DNA from: an uncultured Polaromonas sp.
GTDB taxonomy: Bacteria; Pseudomonadota; Gammaproteobacteria; Burkholderiales; Burkholderiaceae_C
Assembly: GCA_964413475.1 (NCBI GenBank)
Contig: CAYPSU010000002.1
Location: forward strand, 8,562-72,561
Direction: 5' to 3'
Length of the DNA: 64,000 bases
Of this stretch, positions 11,919-20,708 are shown one piece after another. The first letter of the stretch is position 1, and every line of letters begins with the position of its first letter. The notes below the pieces were generated by a model that saw nothing but the letters and a program-made list of their open reading frames with translations, did no database searches and was not told the DNA's origin. Both the position numbers and the translations under genes were made by a program.

Positions 11919-12490
11919 GCCTGCTCCCAATTGATGCAAAACGCCAGGGCGTCGGCGCCACTGACCGTCCAGGGGCCATCGGGCACCTGGTGCGTCCAGA
12001 TCAGCTCGTCCTGGGCCAGCAAGGTTTGCGCGCCGCCAGCATGACTGAGCTGGGTCGGCGCGCAGGCATACACCCCGGCTGTCTGCCCGGCCGTCCAGTC
12101 CGGCGTGCACGCACGCGCGCAGCGCTGCACCTGCGCGCGCCCCTGCCGGCTCATCAGATTGAAGTCCAGGGTCGGCCCGTCGATCAGCTCGGCATGACAG
12201 GCCTTCTCGCCGGAAAAGGCCACCGCGGGTCCCTGGGCCAGCACAGGCACCGGCTGACCGTCCAGATGCAGGCGCACCCCTGCGCCCCGGACGACGGCAA
12301 ACTGTCGATCCACCCCTTCAAAGCGCGAGAAGGGTCCGTCGCGATCGATACGCGCCACCGACACCCGCCAGCGCCATGGGCCCGCAGGCTCGGCAGCCAG
12401 TTCGTGGGTGATGCCGCCGCCGTTGCGCCAGGGGCTGGGGGCGGCGGTCTGCAAGCTGGCTCGCTGCCAGGAACCGGGCAGGGGGTTCAT
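11915..12490 (-). CDS. hutD: HutD/Ves family protein
   Basis: [33 protein letters not shown]. Confidence 0.9.
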   Translation of the reverse strand: MNPLPGSWQRASLQTAAPSPWRNGGGITHELAAEPAGPWRWRVSVARIDRDGPFSRFEGVDRQFAVVRGAGVRLHLDGQPVPVLAQGPAVAFSGEKACHAELIDGPTLDFNLMSRQGRAQVQRCARACTPDWTAGQTAGVYACAPTQLSHAGGAQTLLAQDELIWTHQVPDGPWTVSGADALAFCINWEQA

Positions 12491-13224
12491 GGCTTGAAGT
12501 CGCCGCTGAGTTGATAGCGATGGCCGGGATGCACCAGCCGCGCCAAGGTGATCACATGCTGGTGGCTCATGGTGCGCCTGACCATGATGAGGCAGGGCGC
12601 GTCGGGCTCAATGCCAAGCAGTTGCGCTTCTGGCCCTGTTGCACAGGCCGCTTGCAGGCTGTATTGGGCGCGTCGCAGAGCCGTGTGCTGAAACAGATAG
12701 CGGGTGGGCGTGATGCGTTCGAAGTCCTGCTCCAGATAATGTGGTGCGGCCAGCGGATTGACGTAGCGATCTTCACACTGAAGCGGTTGTCCGTTTTCAT
12801 GATGGACCAGCTGCGTGTGGAAGACGATCGTGCCGGCCGGCACACCGAGCTGCTGGCCCAGAGCCTCGGTGGCGGGCTCGGCCCGGTGTAATTGGACCCT
12901 TGCTTCGTGGCGGCCGCCACGTGCCTCGATTTCTTCCTGCAGATCGTGTATGGACAGGGTGCTGGCCACCCGATGCAGGGCCGCCGCGAAGGTGCCTACC
13001 CCCTGAACCCGGTCGACCAGGCCTTCGGCCTGTAGTTCCCGCAGCGCCCGGTTGACGGTCATGCGGCTGACCGAAAAACGCTGCATCAGCTGGCTTTCCG
13101 AGGGCATCAACTGACCCGGCAGCCAGGTGCCTTTGGAGAGCTCGGCCAGCAGGTAATCTTTGACGCGCTGGAAAGGCGGACTGTTACTGGGTTCGATTGT
13201 GGGGGTAGGCTGCATGAGCAACAT
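12487..13224 (-). CDS. hutC: Histidine utilisation repressor (GntR HTH + UTRA)
   Basis: PSESQL..F.VSRMTVNRALREL, RVQGVGTF, QCEDRYVN; heads the hut operon. Confidence 0.92.
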   Translation of the reverse strand: MLLMQPTPTIEPSNSPPFQRVKDYLLAELSKGTWLPGQLMPSESQLMQRFSVSRMTVNRALRELQAEGLVDRVQGVGTFAAALHRVASTLSIHDLQEEIEARGGRHEARVQLHRAEPATEALGQQLGVPAGTIVFHTQLVHHENGQPLQCEDRYVNPLAAPHYLEQDFERITPTRYLFQHTALRRAQYSLQAACATGPEAQLLGIEPDAPCLIMVRRTMSHQHVITLARLVHPGHRYQLSGDFKP

Positions 13225-13234
13225 CGGGTCATCG

Positions 13235-13262
13235 TACTTGTCTAGTGTTGACTAGACAAGTA
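13235..13262. promoter_or_regulatory. Perfect inverted repeat TACTTGTCTAGT-gttg-ACTAGACAAGTA, probable HutC operator
   Basis: 12-bp arms, 4-nt spacer, 11 bp upstream of the hutC start; the arms contain TTGTCTAG/CTAGACAA, resembling HutC boxes. Confidence 0.7.
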
Positions 13263-13277
13263 GAGTAATTCCCAGGA

Positions 13278-14111
13278 TCAGGCGGCCGGTCCTGGCGATG
13301 GTGGGTCGGTCCCAGCGGCCGATCCAAATTCGTACGAGCCCATGTCCACCGCCAGCGCATGGTCCAAAAACAAGCGGCGCCCCGCGTCAGGTCCGGCAGC
13401 CCCGGCAGCCACCAGCAGGGGAATCAGGTGGTCTTCCCGGGGGTGGGCTCGCCGTGCCTGCGGGCCTGCCGTCCAGTCGATCAGGCGGTCGCGACGCTGT
13501 GCGGGGTCAGGTGCGCTGACCGCCTGTTCAAGAAACTGTTCGAAGGCACGCGCCACCGGCGTTGCGGCGCTGCTCCCGAAGCCGCGCATGTCATGGTAGG
13601 TCAGCCCGCTGCCCATGATGAGCACGCCTTCCTCCCGTAGGGGGGCCAGGGCCTGCCCGGCCCTGAAGTGTTCCCGCGGGTCGTAGCCTGTTTTCAGCGA
13701 GAGCATCACCACGGGCATGTCAGCCTCGGGGTACATGCAGTGCATGGGTACGAAAACGCCATGGTCAAAGCCTTGGCGTTCATCGTTGCGGCAGGACAGG
13801 CCAGCCTGCGTCAGCAAGGCGGCCACTCGGGCCGCAAGCTCCGGATCCCCCGGTGCCGGGTAACGGATTTGATAGGTGTGCGCTGGAAAACCGTAGTAGT
13901 CATAGACCATGCTCGGATGCTGCGCGCTGGAGACGGCGAACTGCTCGCTTTCCCAGTGCCCGCTGATCATGAGCACTGCCCGCGGCCGCTGCGACCAGCG
14001 CTGCGGCAGCGCGGCCAGTTCGCGTTCGGTCAGGGCAAATTGTGGGCGCATTGGCTCGACCCAAGGCCAGGGGCCGCCGCCGTGAGAAATGAAGTAAGTG
14101 GGAAGTTTCAT
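13278..14111 (-). CDS. Class III extradiol ring-cleavage dioxygenase (DODA/YgiD/LigB family)
   Basis: YFISHGGGP, ISGHWE, YDYYGFP, GFDHG, GSGLTYH, AHPREDHLIPL. Confidence 0.9.
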   Translation of the reverse strand: MKLPTYFISHGGGPWPWVEPMRPQFALTERELAALPQRWSQRPRAVLMISGHWESEQFAVSSAQHPSMVYDYYGFPAHTYQIRYPAPGDPELAARVAALLTQAGLSCRNDERQGFDHGVFVPMHCMYPEADMPVVMLSLKTGYDPREHFRAGQALAPLREEGVLIMGSGLTYHDMRGFGSSAATPVARAFEQFLEQAVSAPDPAQRRDRLIDWTAGPQARRAHPREDHLIPLLVAAGAAGPDAGRRLFLDHALAVDMGSYEFGSAAGTDPPSPGPAA

Positions 14112-14212
14112 AAGGGGCGATGGAAGGGGTCAGGCGCAGAGGCTGTGAGGCAGGGAGATGGCCGAGGCCAAGCGGTATAAAGCGGATTGTCCTGCACTCG
14201 GGGAGAGGCTGT

Positions 14213-14956
14213 ATGCATTCAGGCAAGGTTGTCATGGTCACTGGCCCGGCTCAGGGCATCGGGCGGGCGATTGCCGAGCGCTTTTTGAACTCGGGCTGGT
14301 CCCTGGTGGCGCTGGACCGTCAGTCCGAGGGCTTGCAAACGCTGGCGGCGCTGGCCCCCGAGCGGGTCGCCTGGGAGGTGATGGATGTCACCGATGAGCA
14401 GGCTCCAGCGCGTGCCATGGCTCTGGCACGGTCGCGTTTTGGTCGGCTCGATGCGCTGGTCAACAACGCCGGGATCGGTCGGCCCAAGCCCATGCACCTG
14501 ACCGACGATGCTGAGCTGGACCGCTTTCTGGCCGTCAATTTGCGCAGCGTGTTCCGATTTTCCCGCGAGGCCCTGGGGCTGATGCAATCGGGTGCCTGCA
14601 TGGTGCATGTGGCCTCGACCTTTGGCCTGATGGGTAATCCCGGTGCTTCAGCTTATGCCGCCACCAAGGCGGCCTTGATTGGCCTGACCCGTCAGATGGC
14701 GGTGGACTATGGGCCCAAGGGAATGCGCATCAATGCTGTGGCCCCCGGTCTGATTCGCACGGCGCTGATCGAGGACCGCCTTGACCAGCCCGCCTTCCGC
14801 CGCCTGATGGTCGACACCATTCCCTATCCGAGGTTGGGCGCGCCCAGCGATGTGGCTGCGGCTGTGGCTTTCCTTTGTTCGGACGATGCCGCTTTTATCA
14901 ACGGTCATGTACTGGTGATTGACGGCGGCTGGAGCGCCACCAACTGGGTGGGCTAG
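14213..14956 (+). CDS. SDR family oxidoreductase
   Basis: TGPAQGIG, NNAG, YAATK, NAVAPG, IDGG; GGAGAGG RBS before ATG 14213. Confidence 0.9.
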   Translation: MHSGKVVMVTGPAQGIGRAIAERFLNSGWSLVALDRQSEGLQTLAALAPERVAWEVMDVTDEQAPARAMALARSRFGRLDALVNNAGIGRPKPMHLTDDAELDRFLAVNLRSVFRFSREALGLMQSGACMVHVASTFGLMGNPGASAYAATKAALIGLTRQMAVDYGPKGMRINAVAPGLIRTALIEDRLDQPAFRRLMVDTIPYPRLGAPSDVAAAVAFLCSDDAAFINGHVLVIDGGWSATNWVG

Positions 14957-15024
14957 CGCCTGGCGTCTGCGGCGGCCACCCGCGGCGGCTGCGGCGGCGG
15001 TCTTGCGATGCCCGACTTTGGCCT

Positions 15025-15048
15025 ATTTGTTCTATTGACAGGACAAAT
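15025..15048. promoter_or_regulatory. Imperfect palindrome ATTTGTTCTAT-tg-ACAGGACAAAT, putative GntR operator
   Basis: 20-bp core matches the reverse complement of the core of the 24326-24347 palindrome at 18/20; overlaps a TTGACA hexamer; ~45 bp upstream of the operon start. Confidence 0.65.
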
Positions 15049-15091
15049 GCGCCAAGGGAAGATGCCCTCTTTTATCCCTCTTTTCATCCCC

Positions 15092-15775
15092 ATGGAACTG
15101 TCCGACAAGAGCGCACGCCAGCTGTTTGCGCAGGTCAAGGCCAATCCCACCCGCAAGCGGTTTGGATTTGGCAAGATGCCCGCGCTGATCAACATCGACC
15201 TGCAAAAAGCCTATACCTGCGTGGGTGAGTTCGCCACGGCCTACGAGACCGATCCGCGGCAGCTCGAACATGTCAACCGGCTGGCCCAGGCCTTCCGTGA
15301 CAAGGGCTTCCCGGTGGTCTGGACTTATGTGGCCTACATGGAGTCGGGCGAAGACTGTGGGGTCTGGGGCACGCGCACCCATACGCCGGACTCGCTGCAA
15401 AACATCAAGGTCGGCAGCCGCCGGGCTGAGTTTGATGACCGTCTGCAGATCGATCGGCAGCGCGACATCATCATCAACAAGCGCATGGCCTCGGCCTTCT
15501 TCGAGACCAATCTGGGTTCGATCTTTACCTTTCACGGCGTGGACACCTGCGTCGTCACCGGTGGTTCCACCTCGGGCTGTGTGCGTGCTACGGTGGTCGA
15601 CAGCCTGCAGCGCAGCTTTCGCACCATCGTGCCGGAGGAGTGTGTGGCTGACAAGCACGAGTCGCCGCACTTTGCCAACCTCTATGACATGATGCTCAAG
15701 TACGCCGATGTACTGTCCATCGAGGAGACGATGGATCAGCTCTCTCGCGTGTCTGCCCGCGGAGGCCGGTCTTGA
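15092..15775 (+). CDS. Isochorismatase-family amidohydrolase (maleamate amidase NicF / N-carbamoylsarcosine amidase-like)
   Basis: GFGKMPALINIDLQ (Asp), INKRMASAF (Lys), GGSTSGCVRATVVD (Cys), LYDMMLKYADV. Confidence 0.85.
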   Translation: MELSDKSARQLFAQVKANPTRKRFGFGKMPALINIDLQKAYTCVGEFATAYETDPRQLEHVNRLAQAFRDKGFPVVWTYVAYMESGEDCGVWGTRTHTPDSLQNIKVGSRRAEFDDRLQIDRQRDIIINKRMASAFFETNLGSIFTFHGVDTCVVTGGSTSGCVRATVVDSLQRSFRTIVPEECVADKHESPHFANLYDMMLKYADVLSIEETMDQLSRVSARGGRS

Positions 15776-16701
15776 GCGCCTTGCCGACCCGGCGTGACCC
15801 AGGGTTCTACGACTATCTGCCCTATGACCAGCGGCCGGTCATTCGCTGGCCGGGCGGGGCCCGGGTGGCGTTCTGGGTGGCACCCAATGTGGAGTTCTAC
15901 GAACTGAACCCGCCGCGTAATCCGGCGCGCGCTCCCTGGGCCCGACCGGCGCCTGATGTGCTGAATTATTCCTACCGTGACTACGGCAATCGCACCGGCT
16001 TCTGGCGCATGCTCGATGTGATGAAGCGTTGCAATATGCGGGGCAGTGTTTCGCTTAATGTGGCGATGTGCGAGCATCACCCGGAGGTGATTCGGGCTTG
16101 CGCAGATGAAGGCTGGGAGTTTTATTCGCACGGCACTTACAACACCCGTTACCTGATGGGCATGGATGAGGCCCAAGAGCGGCAAGTTATCCAGGATTCG
16201 ATCGATACCATCAGGAAGCACACTGGCCAAAAGCTTGACGGATGGTTGGCCCCAGCGCTGACTTACACGCCCAACACCATGGACTTGGTGGCCGAGATGG
16301 GTTTGACCTATGTCTGCGATCTGTTCCACGACGATCAGCCTGGGCCGGTGAAGGTCAAGCAGGGCCGCCTGACCAGCATTCCCTATTCGCTAGAGATGAA
16401 CGACACCATCGTCTACAACGTCAATCTGGTGTCGCCGCGCCGCTACGGCGATATCCTCAAGCGCCAGTTTGACCGGCTCTACACCGAAGGCGAGCGATCG
16501 GGGACGGTGATGTGCATTCCCTTGCATCCCTACCTGATCGGTCAGCCCTACCGCCTGGCCGCCTTTGAGGAAGCGCTGGACTACATCACTCGGCATGACA
16601 AGGTCTGGCTGGCCACCGGGCGCGAGATTGCGCACTACTTCAATGAGCACTACCACGCCGACTTCATGGCGGCCGCTCATCCGGTCGGGGAGGCTCCATG
16701 A
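15772..16701 (+). CDS. Polysaccharide-deacetylase (NodB/PuuE-like) amidohydrolase 1
   Basis: WPGGARVAFWV..NVE, DYGNRTG.WR, EFYSHG, GWLAP, DDQP, PYSLEMND, LHPYLIGQP; TTG start overlapping the upstream stop. Confidence 0.87.
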   Translation: MSALPTRRDPGFYDYLPYDQRPVIRWPGGARVAFWVAPNVEFYELNPPRNPARAPWARPAPDVLNYSYRDYGNRTGFWRMLDVMKRCNMRGSVSLNVAMCEHHPEVIRACADEGWEFYSHGTYNTRYLMGMDEAQERQVIQDSIDTIRKHTGQKLDGWLAPALTYTPNTMDLVAEMGLTYVCDLFHDDQPGPVKVKQGRLTSIPYSLEMNDTIVYNVNLVSPRRYGDILKRQFDRLYTEGERSGTVMCIPLHPYLIGQPYRLAAFEEALDYITRHDKVWLATGREIAHYFNEHYHADFMAAAHPVGEAP

Positions 16702-17633
16702 GCAGCAAGCCCTTGCCCGAGGACTATCTGTCCTATCCTCTGCGCCGTTACGGCATGGACCATGACCGCTATGCCTGGTCGATGCTGCCCCAGCGCAAGC
16801 CGGTGGTTTGGCCGCATCGGGCGCGCATCGCGCTGTGGGTGGTGCCTGCGCTGGAATGGTTTCCGCTCAACATGGCCGGCGTGCCCTTCAAGCCGCCCGG
16901 AGCCATGCAGACGGCTTATCCGGACCTGCGCCATTACACCTTGCGCGATTACGGCAATCGGGTGGGAATTTTTCGCATCATGCAGGCTCTCGGGGCGCAT
17001 GGCATACCGGCCACGGTGGCGGTCAATGCGGCGGTGGCGGTGCGCTACCCGGCGCTGTTGCGGCGCTGTCTTGAGCTGGGCTGGGAGGTGATCGCCAACG
17101 GGCTGGACATGGACCATCTGCACCACGGCGGATTGGATGCGCAGGACGAGGCTCGGTGGATCGCCCAGACCCTGGAAATCCTGCGCAGGGCCAGCGGACA
17201 GCCGGTGCGCGGCTGGCTGTCGCCGGCCAAGTCTGAATCCTTCAATACCTTGGACCTGCTCGGTCGAGCTGGGTTGGACTATGTGTGTGATTGGGTCAAT
17301 GACGACATGCCCTATGCCGTGCGGACCGACAGTGGCCCCATGGTGGCGATGCCGCATCCGATCGATATCGACGACTACACCATCCTGGTCAACAACCACC
17401 ACACCGAGGATGACTTTCGCGACCAGCTGATCGACCACTTCGATGTGTTGTACCGCGAAGCCAGCCAGGACAACGGGCGCATCATGGCCATTTCACTGCA
17501 CCCCTGGGTGATCGGGCAGCCTTATCGCATTCGCGCCCTGGATGAGGCGCTGGCGCACATCATGAAGCACCGCGGGGTATGGCCGGCCACAGGTTCGCAG
17601 ATTCTGGACGCCTGGCGGGGCCAGAGCCTCTGA
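16698..17633 (+). CDS. Polysaccharide-deacetylase (NodB/PuuE-like) protein 2
   Basis: DYGNRVGIFR, GWLSP, NDDMPY, LHPWVIGQPYRI; the HG motif reads NG. Confidence 0.85.
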   Translation: MSSKPLPEDYLSYPLRRYGMDHDRYAWSMLPQRKPVVWPHRARIALWVVPALEWFPLNMAGVPFKPPGAMQTAYPDLRHYTLRDYGNRVGIFRIMQALGAHGIPATVAVNAAVAVRYPALLRRCLELGWEVIANGLDMDHLHHGGLDAQDEARWIAQTLEILRRASGQPVRGWLSPAKSESFNTLDLLGRAGLDYVCDWVNDDMPYAVRTDSGPMVAMPHPIDIDDYTILVNNHHTEDDFRDQLIDHFDVLYREASQDNGRIMAISLHPWVIGQPYRIRALDEALAHIMKHRGVWPATGSQILDAWRGQSL

Positions 17634-17703
17634 AATGAGCGGCTCGGCCAGCGCCTGGGAGTCCGCGCATGCCGCAAGGGGCCTTCGTGCGCGCATCGGG
17701 GGC

Positions 17704-18264
17704 TCAGCCCTTGGGCATGAGCTCGCCCAGATCGTTCCAGACGTCTTGGCGCTGGATCAGGCCGCCAGAGACTTCGAATCGGTCTATGAAACGTATGCCC
17801 GAAAACGGCGTGCCATCGAGCCATACGCCCTCGAGCGTTCCGCTGCAGTAGACCACGGTGCAATCCTCGCCCCAGCATTCCTCGAATCGTTCAAACTGTT
17901 TACCGATCCGGCTGTATCGGGTCTTGGCCCATTCAAGCAGTTGGCTGAACTCTCGCATCGGCGCAGCGCCCGGGAAAGTCATGACGAACCCCGGCGCCAG
18001 CAGGTCTCGGGCGGCCTCCAGATCGCGTACCTGCATGCGCTCCAGGAAGTGCCGGATCAGCGCACTGGCCTCGGGCAGCTCTGGCCCGCCGGCGTCAAAG
18101 CGCTTGCCATCGCGCTGGTAGGTGGCGGCCTCCTGAACAAAAACGGTGGTGCCCGCATTCGAGGCGGCGATGACCGAACGCACGGCGCGCGCGGTGCGTT
18201 CCACCAGACGCTCGCGTGCCGGCGCGCTGTAGCCCGGCAGGAGGGTGATCGAGACAACAGGCAT
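17704..18264 (-). CDS. Tautomerase (Pro1) - SnoaL/NTF2 fusion protein
   Basis: GAGAGG RBS then MPVVSITLLPGYS (4-OT-like ~60 aa domain), followed by a SnoaL-like domain (FPG, G.W.DGTPF.GIRFIDRF, QDVWND). Confidence 0.75.
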   Translation of the reverse strand: MPVVSITLLPGYSAPARERLVERTARAVRSVIAASNAGTTVFVQEAATYQRDGKRFDAGGPELPEASALIRHFLERMQVRDLEAARDLLAPGFVMTFPGAAPMREFSQLLEWAKTRYSRIGKQFERFEECWGEDCTVVYCSGTLEGVWLDGTPFSGIRFIDRFEVSGGLIQRQDVWNDLGELMPKG

Positions 18265-18352
18265 GGGGTTCCTCTCGAAGAGCCGATACAAAGCCCGATT
18301 GTGCCGCCCTGCAAGCTGGCCCGCTTGCGTCGCATCCGGGGGAGGTCTTGGC

Positions 18353-19243
18353 ATGGGTAGCATCGCCGGCCAGGACCGCATCGACTATTGCGCCCTGCCA
18401 GACCGCAAGCGGCTGCGCTGGCCCGGTGGGGCGCGGGTGGCGGTGTGGATCGCGCCCAATATCGAGCACTACGAATACCTGCCCGAGGTGGTGAGGGTGC
18501 GCAACCCCTGGCCGCGGGTGCCGCATCCGGACATCCTGGGCTATGGTCTGCGTGACTATGGCAACCGGGTCGGGGTTTGGCGATTGATGGATTTGTTCGA
18601 TCGACTGCGCCTTCCCATTACCGTCTCGCTCTCGATGTCCGTGCTCGATCTCTATCCGGATCTGGCGCACGCCATGATTGAGCGTAACTGGGAGTTCATG
18701 TCGCATGGGCTTTACAACACCCGATATCACTGGGGCTTGAGCGAGCAGGAGGAGCGTGAGGCGATAGAGGAGTGCCAACAGATTCATCTGCGGCACACCG
18801 GCCGGCGTTTGAAGGGCTGGTTCTCGCCGGCCGCCTCCAACACCCTGAGCACCCCCGACCTGGTGGCCCAAAGCGGCATTGAATACCTGTGTGATCTTTA
18901 TCACGATGACCAGCCCACGCCGATCCGGGTACGGCAGGGCAGCCTGATCAGCCTGCCTTATTCGATGGAAATCAACGACAGCATCGCCTGGCGACGGGGT
19001 CAGGAGGCGCAAGCTTTCGGCCAGAAGATTCGCGATGAATTTGACGTTTTATATGCAGAAGGGGCCGAGCATGGCCGGGTCATGAACATTGCGGTCCATC
19101 CCTTCATCATGGGCCAGCCCCATCGGATCGGCGCCTTGGCCGAGGCGCTTCAATACGTGGCCGGGCATGACCAAGTGTGGTTTGCCACTGGGGCCCAGAT
19201 TGTCGACTGGTATCGTCAGCAACAAGCCAAGGACTTTGCATGA
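18353..19243 (+). CDS. Polysaccharide-deacetylase (NodB/PuuE-like) amidohydrolase 3
   Basis: GGAGG RBS; WPGGARVAVW..NIE, DYGNRVGVWR, FMSHG, GWFSP, HDDQP, VHPFIMGQP. Confidence 0.87.
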   Translation: MGSIAGQDRIDYCALPDRKRLRWPGGARVAVWIAPNIEHYEYLPEVVRVRNPWPRVPHPDILGYGLRDYGNRVGVWRLMDLFDRLRLPITVSLSMSVLDLYPDLAHAMIERNWEFMSHGLYNTRYHWGLSEQEEREAIEECQQIHLRHTGRRLKGWFSPAASNTLSTPDLVAQSGIEYLCDLYHDDQPTPIRVRQGSLISLPYSMEINDSIAWRRGQEAQAFGQKIRDEFDVLYAEGAEHGRVMNIAVHPFIMGQPHRIGALAEALQYVAGHDQVWFATGAQIVDWYRQQQAKDFA

Positions 19244-19914
19244 ACGCATCGCAAGACTACATTCGCGACTATATGAGCGAGCCAGTGATCGATGCGGCTG
19301 GTGCAGCCTTGGTCATCATCGACATGCAGTACGCCACCGGCTCGCGCCAGGGTGCCTTGGGGCGCACGCTCAAGGCCCAGGGTTCCCCGGTGGGGGACTA
19401 CCGCTTTGCACGCATCGAAGACACGGTGCTGCCCAACGTCCTGCTGCTGCGCCAGCATTTCCATCGGCTGGGGCGGCCGGTGCTGCATGTCACCCTGGGT
19501 GCGGCCCTGCCCGATGCCAGTGATGCGCCGCGTCATATGCGCAAGCTTCTGGCCTCCTGCAGCAACCATGTGGGCAGCCGCGAGCACGAGATTCTCGACG
19601 AGCTCAAGCCGGTTCCCGGTGAACATGTGCTGCGCAAGACCACTGTGGGCGCCTTTGCATCCACCCCTATCGACAGCTTGCTGCGCTCATTGCGGGTGGA
19701 TCAGCTCTATATGGTGGGTGTGTCCACCAATATGTGCGTCGAAACCACCGCCCGAGAGGCGGCCGACCGGGGCTATCAGGTGACTCTGGTGGAAGACGGC
19801 TGCGCCACCACCTTTGAAGACTTGCACCAGGTGACCCTGCGAAACTTCCAGCGGCTTTTCGGCCGCGTCGAGAGCACGCGGGGAGTTGTGAGCGAACTCA
19901 GGGGGGCTGCATGA
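19240..19914 (+). CDS. Isochorismatase-family cysteine hydrolase
   Basis: IIDMQ, RKTTVGAF, GVSTNMCVETTAREAADRGY Asp-Lys-Cys triad; ATGA overlap. Confidence 0.88.
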   Translation: MNASQDYIRDYMSEPVIDAAGAALVIIDMQYATGSRQGALGRTLKAQGSPVGDYRFARIEDTVLPNVLLLRQHFHRLGRPVLHVTLGAALPDASDAPRHMRKLLASCSNHVGSREHEILDELKPVPGEHVLRKTTVGAFASTPIDSLLRSLRVDQLYMVGVSTNMCVETTAREAADRGYQVTLVEDGCATTFEDLHQVTLRNFQRLFGRVESTRGVVSELRGAA

Positions 19915-20690
19915 TGCGCCGTGTGTTGGTCGTGGTGCCCTTTGCCATGTCGCCAGAGAATCTGGCGCTGCGGCAGGCCCAACTGCAAGGCATAGACCTG
20001 TCGCCCGAACTGCAGTTTGAGTTTCGGCCGGTCAGGGCTGGTCCGGCCAACTATTCGAGCCATCATGATTTTGTGCTGGCTGATGTTGCCAACTTTGAGG
20101 CCGCTTGTCGCGCTCAGGAGGAAGGCTTTGCGGCCGTCTGCATCGACACCATGAGCGATTCGGGGGTGGCGGCGCTGCGTTCGGTGCTCGACATCCCGGT
20201 GTTCGGACCGGGTAAGGTCTCCATGCTCGCAGCCTTGATGCTCGGCGATCGCTTTTCGATTCTGACCATGGCCAGCCGCTGGAAGCCCCTGTACAAGAAG
20301 GCGCTCGATGACCTGGGCCTGCATCACAAATGCGCCTCGGTGCGTTCGATCGAGGTACCGCCGGACAACCAGGCCCTGCTCTCTGGCAAGGAGGAGGATG
20401 TATTTCCGCTCCTGGAGGCGGCCGCGCGCAAGGCCATGGACGAAGACGGTGCCGATGTGCTGATCCTGGGGTCGACCACCATGCACCAATCGCATGCCTG
20501 GCTCAGCCAGCGCCTGCCTGTGCCGGTCATCAATCCCGGTCCGCTCAGCTACAAGATGGTCGAGGCGACTTTGGGCCTGGGTCTGAGCCAAAGCCGCCAG
20601 GCCTATCCTCGCCCCATGCACCCCCGGCTGGACATGCTCTCAGCCATGCTGGGGGCGGCCGAGCAGTCTCTGCAAGCCCCCAAATCCTGA
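19911..20690 (+). CDS. Asp/Glu/hydantoin racemase family protein (non-canonical catalytic residues)
   Basis: EGFAAVCIDTMSDSG..ALRSVLDIPVFG, DGADVLILGSTTM, PVPVINP hydantoin/allantoin racemase pattern. Confidence 0.8.
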   Translation: MMRRVLVVVPFAMSPENLALRQAQLQGIDLSPELQFEFRPVRAGPANYSSHHDFVLADVANFEAACRAQEEGFAAVCIDTMSDSGVAALRSVLDIPVFGPGKVSMLAALMLGDRFSILTMASRWKPLYKKALDDLGLHHKCASVRSIEVPPDNQALLSGKEEDVFPLLEAAARKAMDEDGADVLILGSTTMHQSHAWLSQRLPVPVINPGPLSYKMVEATLGLGLSQSRQAYPRPMHPRLDMLSAMLGAAEQSLQAPKS

Positions 20691-20708
20691 AAGGCAGGTT
20701 GGTATCGC

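Noticed and set aside
14186-14205. Third full copy of the island operator
   Set aside because: Only the left half (ATTGTCCT) matches; the right arm is absent
17635-18360. 241-aa plus-strand ORF and other long shadow ORFs (e.g. 1990-3120, 3136-4374, 8756-9889, 40526-41926)
   Set aside because: Antisense/alternate frames of well-supported genes, expected in high-GC DNA, with no recognisable motifs
15772-19243. Genuine polysaccharide/peptidoglycan deacetylases or an EPS locus
   Set aside because: No signal peptides, no glycosyltransferases or export genes nearby; neighbours are small-molecule amidases
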